NCBI RefSeq assembly: GCF_036321535.1
Contig: NC_087450.1
Location: 35,588,001-35,652,000 of the forward strand
DNA length: 64,000 bases
Reading direction: 5' to 3'
From: Camelus dromedarius
Taxonomy: Eukaryota
The stretch's first letter is position 1; every line of letters starts with the position of its first letter. Positions 52,348 through 64,000 of the stretch are shown piece by piece. A program made the translations under genes and the position numbers. The notes below the pieces were generated by a model that did no database searches, had not been told where the DNA came from, and was given only the letters and a program-made list of their open reading frames with translations.

Positions 52348-53628
52348 CATTTATCTTTAATGCCCTGCGTGTGTGTTGAGTGAATAAAGCTAATGAAGAG
52401 GAAATAATTGCATTTGGCTACATGGTTGGATTAGATACAGTTCTAAAAGAGGACAGAGATGTAAGTCGCATGAGGCTTACTGTGTGTGTATTTAATTATT
52501 AAATGGTGCCCTTTGTCACGCAGACTCAGTTGCTCAGCCTCTCGGTGAACTCACAGGCGTCCCCTCCTGCCTGGGAGGCACAAAGCAAACAGAGGCTGAA
52601 TGTCTGAATGACAAGATCCCCTAGGAGTCTACCTCTTTGCACAGTTTATCAAAGCACAGGGGTTAAAGTATGACAGGAGTCAGGAGACAGTGCACACGGC
52701 TTCCGAGCTCTGTTTCCGAGGATTTACTACCATTTGACGTGGGTCTGCTAAGTTCATCCCTCAGGGACTCAGCTGACCCTCCCTGGAAGGAAGACTCTTG
52801 GATTCTTGTTTTTCTCGCACTCTGCCTGCCTCCTCTTCCTGCTCTTCTGAAAAGAAGCATGCCACACAACAACGAAGAGGTTTTTCCACATTTACCTTAC
52901 TGCCAGCCAGCCACTTCTCTTTGTTTTAGTCTGTTTACACGGTCTCCTTGGCAACATGAGGTAGAAGTAGATATTTTTTGTATCTCTGACTTGCAGGTTT
53001 GGTTTTTCCTTTGTCTAAAGCTTATCCACCTCGCACACCGAAGTTTTTCTACTAAAGTTTTTTATTTTAATTTTAAAAAGAGAATCATTTTCAAACCCTA
53101 GTATTTTAGAAATATCCCATTTAGAAATCAAATATTTGAAGTTCTTCTTTAAAAAAAAAAAAAACCTTTAGAATGATTATTGAATAAAACCATTTGTTGC
53201 TAATATTTAACTCTTCCCAGTAATTTCAGTATGTTCCAAAGATCTGTACACACTCCTGCCTGGTGTCTTCATGATGGCTTGAGGGACCAGGGACCACAAA
53301 GCAGAAAAGGCTGAAAAACCTAGAGATCAAACTTTTAACCCCTGAGTTCTGTGATACAATCAGTGGAACTCCTGAACAGCCATAGGCACTTTTTGTATAC
53401 AAATATACCTAAGTTATCTCAACTATATTGTGATGAAGTTCTTTGGGAAAAATTCCGTTTATCCTTCCCCAAATCCCAAATTAAATGTGGGCTGTGAAGA
53501 AATTTAAACCATACTGGTACTCTTGGCTAGAAGGAAATTTCTTTAGCAGATCACTGCAATGATGACCAAATCATATTCCACAAGTACATCTAATGAAAAG
53601 ATTAAAATTAACTGGCCCAGTCATTCTT

Positions 53629-53852
53629 TTTTTTTTTTTTTTTAACATTTTTTATTGATTTATAATCATTTTACAATGTGTCAAATTCCAGTGTTCAGCA
53701 CAATTTTTCAGTCATTCATGGACATATACACACTCATTGTCACATTTTTTTCTCTGTGAGTTATCATAACATTTTGTGTATATTTCCCTGTGCTATACAG
53801 TGTAATCTTGTTTATCTATTCTACAATTTTGAAATCCAAGGCTATCCCTTCT
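53629..53852 (-). mobile_element. Young camelid-type L1 3' end
   Basis: A pure poly(T), then ttttattgatttataatcattttacaatgtgtcaaattccagtgttcagcac...tatttccctgtgctatacagtg. Confidence 0.92.
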
Positions 53853-53919
53853 TTTTTTTAATATATTGAAGTTTAGTTTTACATATATACTCAACTATTT
53901 ATTTATTAATTTCTTCCAT

Positions 53920-54110
53920 ATCAGCCAGGGAAGCAGCAAACTAATGACACATTCAGATTAGGATGATTTGATGGGATTATTTATCAGGGTGTGGGCAGAG
54001 TGTGGAAAACCACACGAATCAGTGCATTGCTGTGGGACTGGCCACACCTGGGCCCTGTTACCACTTCTGGGTCTGAAAGGGCAAGGAGATAGGGAGAGAA
54101 GCTGAGACCT
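53920..54110. mobile_element. Possible ancient LTR fragment
   Basis: tatcagccagggaagcag...gggtgtgggcagagtgtggaaaaccac...tgttaccacttctgggtctgaaagggcaagg resembles old mammalian LTR families; family not assignable. Confidence 0.35.
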
Positions 54111-54165
54111 TTCATTGTAAGATTCCCTGCCTGAATGAGAGAGAGTCTGGGCATAAATGCCATAG

Positions 54166-54423
54166 TCAAAATTGAAGTATAGTTGATTTACACTGTTGTG
54201 TTAATTTCTGGTGTACAGCATAGTGATTCAGTATATATATACACACACACATACACATATGTATTCTTTTTTATATTATTTTCCATTATAAGTTATTATA
54301 CGCTATTGAATATAGTTCCCTGTGCTACACAGTAGGACCCTATTGTTTATTCTATATATAGTAGTTTGTATCTGCTACTCTGAAACTCTCAATTTATCTC
54401 TCCACCACCCTTTCCCCTTTTGG
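54166..54423 (-). mobile_element. Cetartiodactyl-type L1 3' end with no visible poly(T)
   Basis: ttgaagtatagttgatttacactg...tattgaatatagttccctgtgctacacagtagga...ccctttcccctttt. Confidence 0.9.
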
Positions 54424-54435
54424 ATCAGTCATCTT

Positions 54436-54665
54436 TTTTTTTTTTTTTGTATGTGTATATATTTTTTATTGAAGTATAGTCAGTTTACAATGTTGTGTCA
54501 ATTTCTAGTGTCCAGCATAATGCTTCAGTCATACATGAATTGGGAGTTGGAGATTTGCAGATACTAACTAATATATATAAAATGGATAAACAACAAGTTT
54601 ATACTGTATAGTGCAAGAAACTATATTCAATATTTTGTGCTAATTTAGGGTGAAAAAGAACATGA
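54436..54665. mobile_element. Second 5'-inverted (twin-primed) L1, 3' UTR only
   Basis: Poly(T) and antisense terminus to about 54540, then sense 3' UTR tgggagttggagatttgcagatac...gaaaaagaacatgaa. TSD is atcagtcat-ctt / atcagtcattctt. Confidence 0.88.
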
Positions 54666-54667
54666 AT

Positions 54668-54830
54668 CAGTCATTCTTAACAGGAGGCATCCATCAGAAT
54701 TCTCTGGAGGGCTTTCTCCAAACACACAAGTCCCGCTTTGGACTTAGATTCTCCAGTCATGGGACCAGGGCATGTGTATGTTGAAAATTTGTCCAGACCA
54801 TTTTTGTTGCCAAATGCCAATTAATAATCA
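54668..54830 (+). mobile_element. MER5B-like hAT MITE
   Basis: cagtcattcttaac...catcagaattctctggagggcttt...agattctcc...cagggcatgtgtatgttgaaaa. Confidence 0.55.
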
Positions 54831-54837
54831 CTAATTT

Positions 54838-55040
54838 TACTGACATTGGTAATACTGAGCACCTGTTATTTGCCAAAGTCTTAGATTGTTTCCTCCAGTT
54901 AGTATTTATAATCTCCTTGTAATGTATATACTATTCCCATTTTCTAGATTAAGAAACTGAACCTCAAAGTTGTTAGGTAAGTTATCGAATGGCCCTTAGT
55001 GATAAAGCAAGAATTTTTACTCAGCTTAATTCCAAAATCG
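54838..55040 (-). mobile_element. MIR
   Basis: tactgagcacctgttatttgcc...ctattcccattttctagattaagaaactgaacctc. Confidence 0.75.
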
Positions 55041-55687
55041 CCTTTCTTACACATTTAAAATAATTTCCCCTAAATAAGTAATCCTTAAGAAATAATTCAC
55101 TGTATTTCTAGATAATTTTTATTCTTCCACTATTTTTTAATATCCATCACAATGTTCCTCTAACAGCTTTAGTTATGAAATTGTTTTGTAGGTTGTTAGG
55201 GTACAGAACAATGGCTTGATTTGAATTACCTAAAAAATATCACACACACACATACATACGCACACACAAAGGGCTTTGAGAATAGCCAACTAGATCAGCA
55301 GATTTGGATAATTATTCCTTAATAGAACCTCCACACCTTTCTTTGAAACAACTATTACTACTTATCAAAGTACATTTTTTTTCCAACTAAAATCTACAAA
55401 TTGAACATCAATGAGTCATTTCCAGTGAAGTCTCCACCCTTCCTTGTTTTAAATAAGGTCTCGGTAGATAATCAGACCAGGAAGCATTTTTGAGCCACAT
55501 AATACATTATAGTTTGTCAATATTCTCAGTATTTAAATGACTCTTTGGCAACATGTATTACTACAATATGAGAAATGTGTTGCTGTTATTCAAAACAATG
55601 GTAATATTCACACTGACTTGAAATAAAAAAATCTTTTAAAAGCCAAGTTTTTAAAAGCTTGAATATTTTTGAAGGAATCATCTGGAA

Positions 55688-55870
55688 TAGTGCTTCTCAA
55701 TAATGTGGGAGTGGCGGGGAGAGAAACACCTCCTCACCTTCTCACCATGGAGACTATGGTGGGGTAGTGCCCAGGCCTCTCCACCCATTTGAGAAACACA
55801 AAGGGTTATGAAAATATTATGGACCATGGTGAATTATGCAAATGAATAGACTGAATTTTGAGAACCACTG
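55688..55870. mobile_element. hAT-Charlie-like MITE
   Basis: TIR-like ends tagtgcttctcaa ... ttgagaaccactg; no TSD recognised. Confidence 0.55.
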
Positions 55871-57097
55871 ATTAGTGGTGTACATTGTTTTGTTTTTTAG
55901 TATTTATCCCATGTAAAGTTACTTGAAGTTTTCACAACCTGTGTCCTACTCATTTCAAAAGGTTTTGAGAATCTACTCTCAAAGTGGATGGACATTGATT
56001 AGATCAAGAAGCTTATCTTCCCCTTGATAGATATTATAACAGATATTTCTAATGCACTAAGGGCAGCTCTGAGAGGTTAAGCAGCAAATAATTGATCAGC
56101 TTATGTTTTTAGTGTGGTTGAACAGCTCTTAGCTTGATCTCTTTCAGCAGTCATTGTTTTATTTTTTTTAAAATTCAACTTCTTAGAACATCATGAAGAA
56201 AATTGGAAGGAGCCCTAATTCCATCTCCAAAGCAATGGGGTTTTCTGGAAGCTGGTATTCATCCTGCGTTAGCTTTCTAGAAAGTGTCACAGCCAGACAC
56301 AAAGGACCCAAGGATACAATCCTAAGGCAGTTGGCAGGGTGATCAGATCTTAAGTTCTGCTAGTCAGTCTCTTTCTCACCAGAAGACCCTAGAAGTAAAA
56401 ATCTATTTTGCCCTTGGTGATGTGGAATCAAAGTAAAAGACATCATTGGATGTCGATTTTTTGTTTGTTTATTTTGAAATTGCTTATGACCCAAAGGATA
56501 CTTTACAATGAATAGACAATTAATACAATCCTTTCAAAACCACAAATGACCTATGGTTCTACAGTTTAGAACTAGTACTCCTCTCTCAGTAGCCAGTAGT
56601 CCCACCTTCATTCTTCTTCCTTCCTTCCATCTCTTAATTCGGTTACAGATGTCAATCCATTTATGCCCAGACTATATGTCAAAGGAGATTTATTAAACCT
56701 AGAAAAAAGCTGACATATTTTATTATCACCCTCCAATAAGACCTCAGTAGGGAAATCTTAAATTTCAAATGACCATGGACAAGTGCACTTTATAGTTGGT
56801 ATTTTTAATCCACAATGGAACATTTTTTTCTCTTAATATATCTTAATGTCCTCAAAAACTGAAATTTTTGTTTCTTTATCCCCTGGAATGTGATGTTCTA
56901 AAATTTTAATAAATATTTTTGGTGTAATAGAGAAAGAAGATTTTTTTTAAATCGAGCAATCTGTTTTAATGGAGTCAGAATTACTACTTTCCATCACATT
57001 TGAAGTCAGGAAACACACACTTAACAAAATATTGTGGCAACATTTTATTGATAATTGAGCATAGCTGACATGTTTATTTTTGCTGCTAAATCTGTTA

Positions 57098-57285
57098 CAG
57101 GTGATAGTGGAAATAGCACTGAACATGGATTCAGAGAACCTATATTCTAATCACAGTTCTGCCTTCAATCACCTGTAAGACCTTTGGCAAGTCACTCAGC
57201 TTCTCTGCATTTTGGTTTGTCTTGACCTCACCTTTAAAATGAGGGCTGGAGATTATCCCTAAAGTCCATTTCTCTTGTAAAATCC
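57098..57285 (+). mobile_element. MIR (MIRb/MIR3-like)
   Basis: gtggaaatagcactgaacatggattcagagaacct...ctttggcaagtcactcagcttctctg...taaaatgagggctggag. Confidence 0.8.
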
Positions 57286-58799
57286 AATTATTTATACATT
57301 TTTATTAGAATTCTGTGTGTAAATTTGATTCTATTAACATACTAACAAAAAATTTTAAGCAGAGCTGTAAACTGGAGCCATTAAAATATTTATCATTTGA
57401 ATGCAGGCCAGTGCAGCTAATGTGACATAAATGCCCTGAGCCCTTTTCCCCTCGTTTTTGTAACACCATCTGGTGCTCTAGCATATGAGAGAGTTTATTT
57501 AAATAATCGCATTAGTAAAATCTATGCCTCAGATCCATCTGTACACACATATACACACACATACACCAAAAAACATATACACACACACCCCTCTGATGTT
57601 TTCTAAAGTTGCTTTGGTCAGGCTCCTTCTGTATTCTGAAACTAAGCATTTCCAGTCACTAGGCAAGTGAAGTGAAACAAGCCTTCTCTGGATTTGTTCT
57701 AACCTGGAGTCTCACTGCTTAGGACCATGGCAGGTCTCAGCTAAGCAGTGTATCTCACCCACACCTGCAATGCTCTCTGGGGACAGTGGCCCTCTCCATT
57801 GGAGAAGGCAGGGCATGCTATAGAAAGCAACGCCCTGTTCTTGGAAATGTGACCAAGGCTCAAAGCTTTAACCGAGTTAAGAGTCGATTCTAAGGTACCA
57901 ACTCCTACTTCTGCCCAGGAAGATGGGCAAGTTCTCTTCTATAGAAAGTATGTTTGGCCTTTCCATTGCAACATGTTTTCACACTAAATGACTATTTCCC
58001 ACCCTTCAGATATTACATTTCAGAAAAGGGGGAAAATGGAAGAATCTGAGGCAATAATGGAAAATGCTAGTTTGTTTGTTTGTTTAAACAGAACACTGTT
58101 ACAGGCTTTGCCAGGCACTGAGAGTTAAGACTATGTTTGCACCACCCTGGTAGCAGCAACATTTTTTAATAAAAAGTCTATTTGGAGGAAGGTATTGGAA
58201 CTCAACACGCTCAGTGGGCAGATCTGAATGGCCAGATGTGCAGAGGGATGGACTCCTGAGCCGACCGACCAGCCCCGATATCTGGGCTATGTGGCTGTTA
58301 CGTGAGGTTCTGCTGAAGGGGCTTGAGGAACAACTGCAGTGAACAGGTCTATCTTGGGAACTGGCTGGAAGCATTTACAGCGAACCATACTGAGTAAAAT
58401 CTAAGTAGAAAAACGGTTGCCCTGTTTGGCTCTGGCCCAAAGTTGTGTAATTACAGGGTAAACCCAATAAAAGCAGGCATTCTTTGGTGGAGTCAGGACC
58501 ATAGTCTGCATATTTCAAGTTTCCCCTCTTCAGAATGTGTTTCTAAAGCGAAGTCTTGATGGATGTGTATCACGTGCTTGTAGTGTGGGTGGAACCACCC
58601 ATAACCAAGAAGGGCAACTATAAAGTCTCTGTCTGGAGCATGAGTTGTTGCTTTTTTTTTCCCCCTTCATTTGAACTTGTGTGTGTATGGCTTAAAAATG
58701 AAGTTATTGCCAAACCAGGAAAAGAAGCACTTAAAATCTGTGAAAACTCTTCAGGGAGATGAATTGAATAACTGTTTTATTAACTAGTGCAAGATAGGT

Positions 58800-59005
58800 C
58801 ATAGAGCATAACAATTAAAATCATAAGGCTGCTGAGAAAGACCTATAGATCCCAGCTCAGCAACTTACTAATTGTGTAACCTTGGACAAGTTCCTTGACC
58901 CCTGTAAACATCAGTCTCCTCATCCATAAAATAGGTTTTGTGGAATAAAATAAGGTAATACGTGTAAAGCATTCAAAATCTCTCTGACACATAATATGTA
59001 ATTAC
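58800..59005 (+). mobile_element. MIR
   Basis: atcccagctcagcaacttactaattgtgtaaccttggacaagtt...cagtctcctcatccataaaatagg...taatacgtgtaaagca. Confidence 0.88.
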
Positions 59006-61744
59006 ATTACCTATGATATAATAATATATAAGATGTGATTATAGCTTAGAAACTGGATGTGATGTCTACTTGGGAATATTTGATTTGATAAAAAATGCTT
59101 TTTATGCATTTATCACAATATGCATCTCAAGAGAACAGTAAATAATATGGGGAAGGAGTGATTTTTTTTTTTTTAAGAGTCAACTTTTTAAGTAAGATGA
59201 AACCAAAGAAAGTTATTAATGCAAGGACATGTCTGGTTTGGTTTGGTTTCTTCTGCTAAATTAGGGGGGGTCCTGTATGTTAATGGATCTTTTTCAGGCA
59301 GAAGCAAACAGGTACATGGGGTGTATAATCAGACTGTGCAAAAATCTTACCTTGCCAGCTTCCAGGGTTGCAAAATTGTCCTCCTACAGTGTCCTGAGAA
59401 GATTCTGTTAATCTACTCTAGATTTGCACATTGCTCTTCCAGGTGGACGTTTGGCCTTTTACTATAAATGTTGTCACAAGGAAAAAAGTGATTTGAACAT
59501 ATTTCTTAGCTTACAGACACTTAATGTATCTACCTAGCCTGTGCTGGGAGCTGGAAGGGGCTATCAGAAGGATCAGGTATAGACCGGCCAATTAAAGAGA
59601 ATGATGCCCTATCAGGGAGAGAGAGCGGTACACAGAACAGCACAAGAGGTAGAAATCTGATGTGCGGCTTCCGTAAGACTGTGTCAGTCTGAGCGAGAAT
59701 GCTTCTCAATTTATACTGAATTCCTCTTCTTTTGATTTTGTTGCAGCCGTAACATATGGTGTGTATCGTAGCCCATTTCAGCTTGTACAATTCTATTTTA
59801 ACTTGGCCATTTATAGAACTCAAGAGCCAGGAAGCTACCTTTGAACACTGTACATTGTCAAATGGTTTTTGATTTACTAGATTCCTTATCACTTGGCAAA
59901 TATACACAGCAGATGTTTTCCAGAGGATGAATAGAGTGAGTCTTACCCTCTAGACGTTCCTTCCCTTTGTTAAGCAAACCCACAGCTGATGCTGAGACTC
60001 CGGCATCTCTCCTTGGTGGTGAGAAACGTCTGATTTCAGGAGTGCCCCCACCCTCCAGCCGTGGCTGCTGCATAGTGTAACTGATTCTTTACTGATTTGT
60101 CCACAGGCTGGCTGGGGGTGGCAGTCCACAAAGAGCAAAGCCCCGCTGAGAACTGAGGTAGAATCTGTTCATTTAAAAGTATCCAGCATGAGGAAAAGAC
60201 CTCAATCATTCAGAGCCAGGCTGAAATTGACTAGGGCTTTGTGTCAGATTTTTTTTTTTTTTGGTTTTTCATATCATGCACAACACTTGCCTACTGAGCT
60301 CCAAAAACAACTTTCTCGCACAGCAATTGCCAGGGAAAAACATGAGGTGGAAAAATCAGAGTAACGTCTTCCCTTAGGGCGAGATTACACAGGAAAAGTC
60401 ATTGGACAGCTCCCAGCCTGGGCTTCATCGGCTGGCAGGAAAGGCTGTCATTGCCTTAGAGTTATTGGGAAATCGAAGGAGGTCATAGACGTGAAATGCT
60501 CAGAACAAGGCTCTCGCGTAGTAGGTGCTGGATAAATGACAGTGGTTAGCCTGTGGCCACCTTCATCTCTGTTGACTCTTCTGGTCCACCTCCCATCGTG
60601 AAATCCAAGAACCCAGAGCTTCTGCTTACTTTCTAACCCCCTGGTGGGGAGGTCTGGAAGGCTTCAAAATTTCTACAAAGGAAAGCTTGGAGGAAGCAAT
60701 CTGATTGGAATGTAATACTGGCAGCTGCATTTTCACAGCTTTCCATTAAATTACTCAAATGTTCATTTTTCGCATCAGGGAAGAGGGGCTGCTGATGGAG
60801 AGTTGGCCCCAGCTCTCGAACCCTCTGTGTGCAATAATTACTCAGAAATGTTGCAGTCTGCCTTCAGGCTGTCCCCCTTGTACCACTTTCTTCTTACATT
60901 GCTCCTGATTCGTGTTCATCTTGAGGTTTTAGAAATAAGGTTTGTCTACCCAGCACGTAGAACCATCAGAGGGAGGCACCAGGGCATTCACGTGGAATTC
61001 TTCCCCGACTTGAATATTCTTTATCTGTAAGGAAAAGAGAATAGACTGCTATAAATGTGCAGCAGAATTAGCGCCCTTCACTGTTGAATCTCTTCAAACA
61101 CATAGGCAAATCCATCACAAAGGAGAAATGCAATAGCTTTCAAAAATAGATGGTGCTGATGAAATACTGCGTTCCTTTGTTCATTTTCCGAGCCTGAAGT
61201 TGGGTCTCCAAGGTCCATTTGAATGGATTTCTTAGTCTAAAACCGCTAAACCAACCCTCAAGCCATGATGTCACTACTTTTTTAATACTGTATTTAGACT
61301 TGAGAAGTTTTCCGACTTTCTTTTCATGAGCTGAAAATAACTCCTATAAGTAATGAATTAGTTTAGTCTAAAGATTTAGGGGCTTCCCTAACATCCAAAG
61401 CATCACATTGCTTTATGAAGTTAAGGGCTATGAAGTGAGTCTTCGATTTCGTTAGTCCTCTCTTACATACATTCAGTAGTCACTTGTACCCTTGTCTGTT
61501 GAAGAAATGAATGAGTGATTTGTCACAATTACATGATTTGTGCCCTCAAAGATCCCAGATTTAGAAAAATATTCTTAATAATCATGGAATAAAGACCAGC
61601 GCTTCATTAGCTTAACTTTTAAAAAAATATGAATGGGAATATTTATTTAGAATAAGAAACCTTCACAAAGTAATGATATTTTAAAAGCTGACAAATATCA
61701 TGTGCATCACAAAATCCATAAAAATGTATTTCTAATTGAGTGGC

Positions 61745-62118
61745 ATTTATTTTTTTATTTTTTTATTGAAGTGTAGTTGATTTAAAACGTTAGTTTCAGA
61801 TGTACAGCAAAGGAATTCAGTTATACATACATATAAATATTTTATTTTCTGATTCTTCTCCACTATATGTTGTTATAAAACATTGAATATAGTTCCCTGT
61901 GCTATACAGTAGGTCCCTGTTGTTTATCTATTGTATATATAATAATGTGTGTCTGTGAATCCCCAACCCCTAATTTATCCCTCCCCGCCCTTTCCCCTTT
62001 GGTAATCATAGTTTGTTTTCTATGTCCGTGAGTCTGTTTCTGGTTTGTCAATAGAATTTGTATGATTTTTCTTAGGTTCCACATCTAAGTGATATTATAT
62101 GATACTTGTCTTTCTCTG
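61745..62118 (-). mobile_element. Cetartiodactyl-type L1 3' end
   Basis: tttttattgaagtgtagttgattta...attgaatatagttccctgtgctatacagtaggtccc...ttccacatctaagtgatattatatgatacttgtc. Confidence 0.93.
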
Positions 62119-62834
62119 CTTTGCTTTTAGAGTATACTCTGCGTTGCAGATTTCTCTTTCTAGTCTGACTAGCTTTTCTCAAAGACACAGATTTACTCTC
62201 TTTTTTCTAAACAAGCCTAGAAAGTCTTCCAACACAAGTTATGGTTGTATCCCTCTGTCTCGTGGTATTGTTGAGTACCAATTCCAGTACTGCGGGCACA
62301 GTATCTTAAAATCTCTGGTCCTTGGTTGGCTCCTGAGAGGAGTAAATGTTGAGAGAGGTCCCCGATGCAATGAACCAGTGGCAGCTGTTTTCCTGTGATT
62401 TATAGGCCTTCCACATTCAAAATGGTATCTGCACCACTTGGCTTCCTATGGAGAGCTTCACAAAGAGAGGGTCAAGTTGCTGGGTGCAACCATTGTTCTT
62501 GTTAGTGGTTGGAGATTTATAATTATACCCTTTGCTGCTCAGAGCACATGCCACAGGGGGCCACTACATAAACATAGGCAGCATGTCAGGGGGTGTCCAG
62601 GATGATAATGAGATCACAAATTATGCAAAGCAATTTCACCATTGATGAGATACGCTTTATTTGCAGATGCAAAGTGAAATGTAGGCTTTTTGCCCTTATG
62701 TTTGTTTGTTTTCTAAAATGATATTTACAAAGAACTAGACAGGCCTACTTAAACATCTTTGATGTGTTCAGTTCTGTCTTGCAGTGAAATTCTAGTGGAT
62801 TTATTTCTCCTAAATAATCTCATATGCATTCTCT

Positions 62835-62877
62835 CCCCCCCCCCCCCCGTACAAACACACACACACACACACACACA
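62835..62877. repeat. C14 homopolymer plus (AC)n
   Basis: Seen directly. Confidence 0.95.
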
Positions 62878-63521
62878 TTTTTCACTGCTTAGGAAAGTCA
62901 TAAGGCATTGCTGCTCTATATAACAATATATGTAGTCAAAATTGAGACATCATAGACTTATTATGTTCATTTCTTGGGAGTCTGCCCCAAAGTCAAACAC
63001 TAGGAAACAGACCATGCACTATTGAGTCAACATTGCTTGAATTGTAGAATTATACATATTTATTATTTTCCGTTTTATTTTTCAATCTCTTTTATCTCAA
63101 ATATTCAACTACATAAATATACTAATTGCATAATCAGAAAAAATACCTAGGTCTGTCTGTCTAGTCTCACTAGATTTGGACAAATTTGCCGATGGTTATG
63201 ATGAAAAAGTCCTTGCTGGACATGAAAGGCGACAAGTTACCCTCAGAGTCTGCAGGGTCCTTCTTGAAAAGTCGAGGGTTCAGCGTAGGTGCCACAGGCT
63301 CTGAACTGGGCCTCCAGTGGACCACTTTCATGTCCTTCCTCCCCTACTGTGTAGAGGGTGTTCTGCAGAATTTGAAAGGATGGAAAGGTTATTCATATCT
63401 CAAAGCTGGGGGACAGCCGAAAAGAGATGTAAGGGGAACTAATATTTATGGCCACACCCCTTGTGTTCTTTAATACCTCTGAGGAAGGAATTTATTATCT
63501 TTTTTATTGTTTTAGCTTATT

Positions 63522-63642
63522 CATTTTTTTTATTGAAGTATAATCAATTTACAATGCTGTGTTAATTCCTGGTGTATAGCACAGTGATGCATTTACACGC
63601 ATGTATATATATATTCCTTTTCATATTCTTTTTCATTATAAG
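63522..63642 (-). mobile_element. L1 3' end fragment
   Basis: tttttattgaagtataatcaatttacaatgctgtgttaattcctggtgtatagcacagtgat. Confidence 0.88.
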
Positions 63643-63694
63643 CTGTTATTCTCTATTTGAAAAGTGATGCAGGTATATACATGTATAGATATTA

Positions 63695-63750
63695 GAACAG
63701 CAGGCCTGGTACTTAATAAGTGCTCAATAAATATTTATGGAATGAATTAT
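63695..63750 (+). mobile_element. L2 3' terminus
   Basis: gcctggtacttaataagtgctcaataaatatttatggaatgaat. Confidence 0.75.
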
Positions 63751-64000
63751 TCTAGTAATAGAGATTTATACAACTTTGCATAGTTAATACATCTGTATGT
63801 TTATGCCCCCCAAAAGTATTTATATTGCACATTCATGCGCAAACACATGAACAGAGAGGGAACTCCTCTGGGACTTGTTGAATATGGCAGGAATGTTTTC
63901 CTTCTCAAATACTCCAGTGAAGTTCAATTCAAAAACTCTTATTAACCCATCCAAATAATGTCATTTCCCAGCTGTGGTGTTACATTGGGTCCCATTCAAG

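Noticed and set aside
1-64000. CRISPR arrays, operons, prokaryotic defence or phage systems, NUMT, snRNA/7SL/Y-RNA copies
   Set aside because: The sequence is mammalian and repeat-rich. I saw no repeat-spacer arrays, gene-dense ORFs or recognisable structural-RNA or mitochondrial sequence.

Overview
This is mammalian, not prokaryotic, DNA and is most likely camelid (alpaca, llama or camel). The basis is three tRNA-Ala-derived SINEs matching the Vic-1 family as I recall it, plus cetartiodactyl-type L1 3' ends and no recognisable Alu, B1, Bov-tA, PRE-1 or SINEC. The window looks like repeat-rich intergenic or deep-intronic sequence. It carries L1, L2, L3/CR1, MIR, hAT MITEs (MER20, MER5), a Tigger1 derivative, MaLR and ERV1-type solo LTRs, microsatellites and a 137-N gap. 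I recognise no host protein-coding exon, true tRNA/rRNA gene or CRISPR array; the only convincing protein homologies are L1 ORF1p/ORF2p relics and a CR1 RT relic. The best-supported unusual structures are at 48.8-54.7 kb: a twin-primed L1 that joins inverted ORF1 to only about 65 bp of 3' end, and a nested L1 cluster with one target-site motif present three times. More speculative are a TATA promoter with a possible first exon at 33.8-34.4 kb, a 39-nt microexon candidate, other non-coding exon candidates and enhancer-like blocks. I found no evidence of a wholly new biological system. Repeat family names come from recalled consensus sequences and repeat boundaries are approximate.
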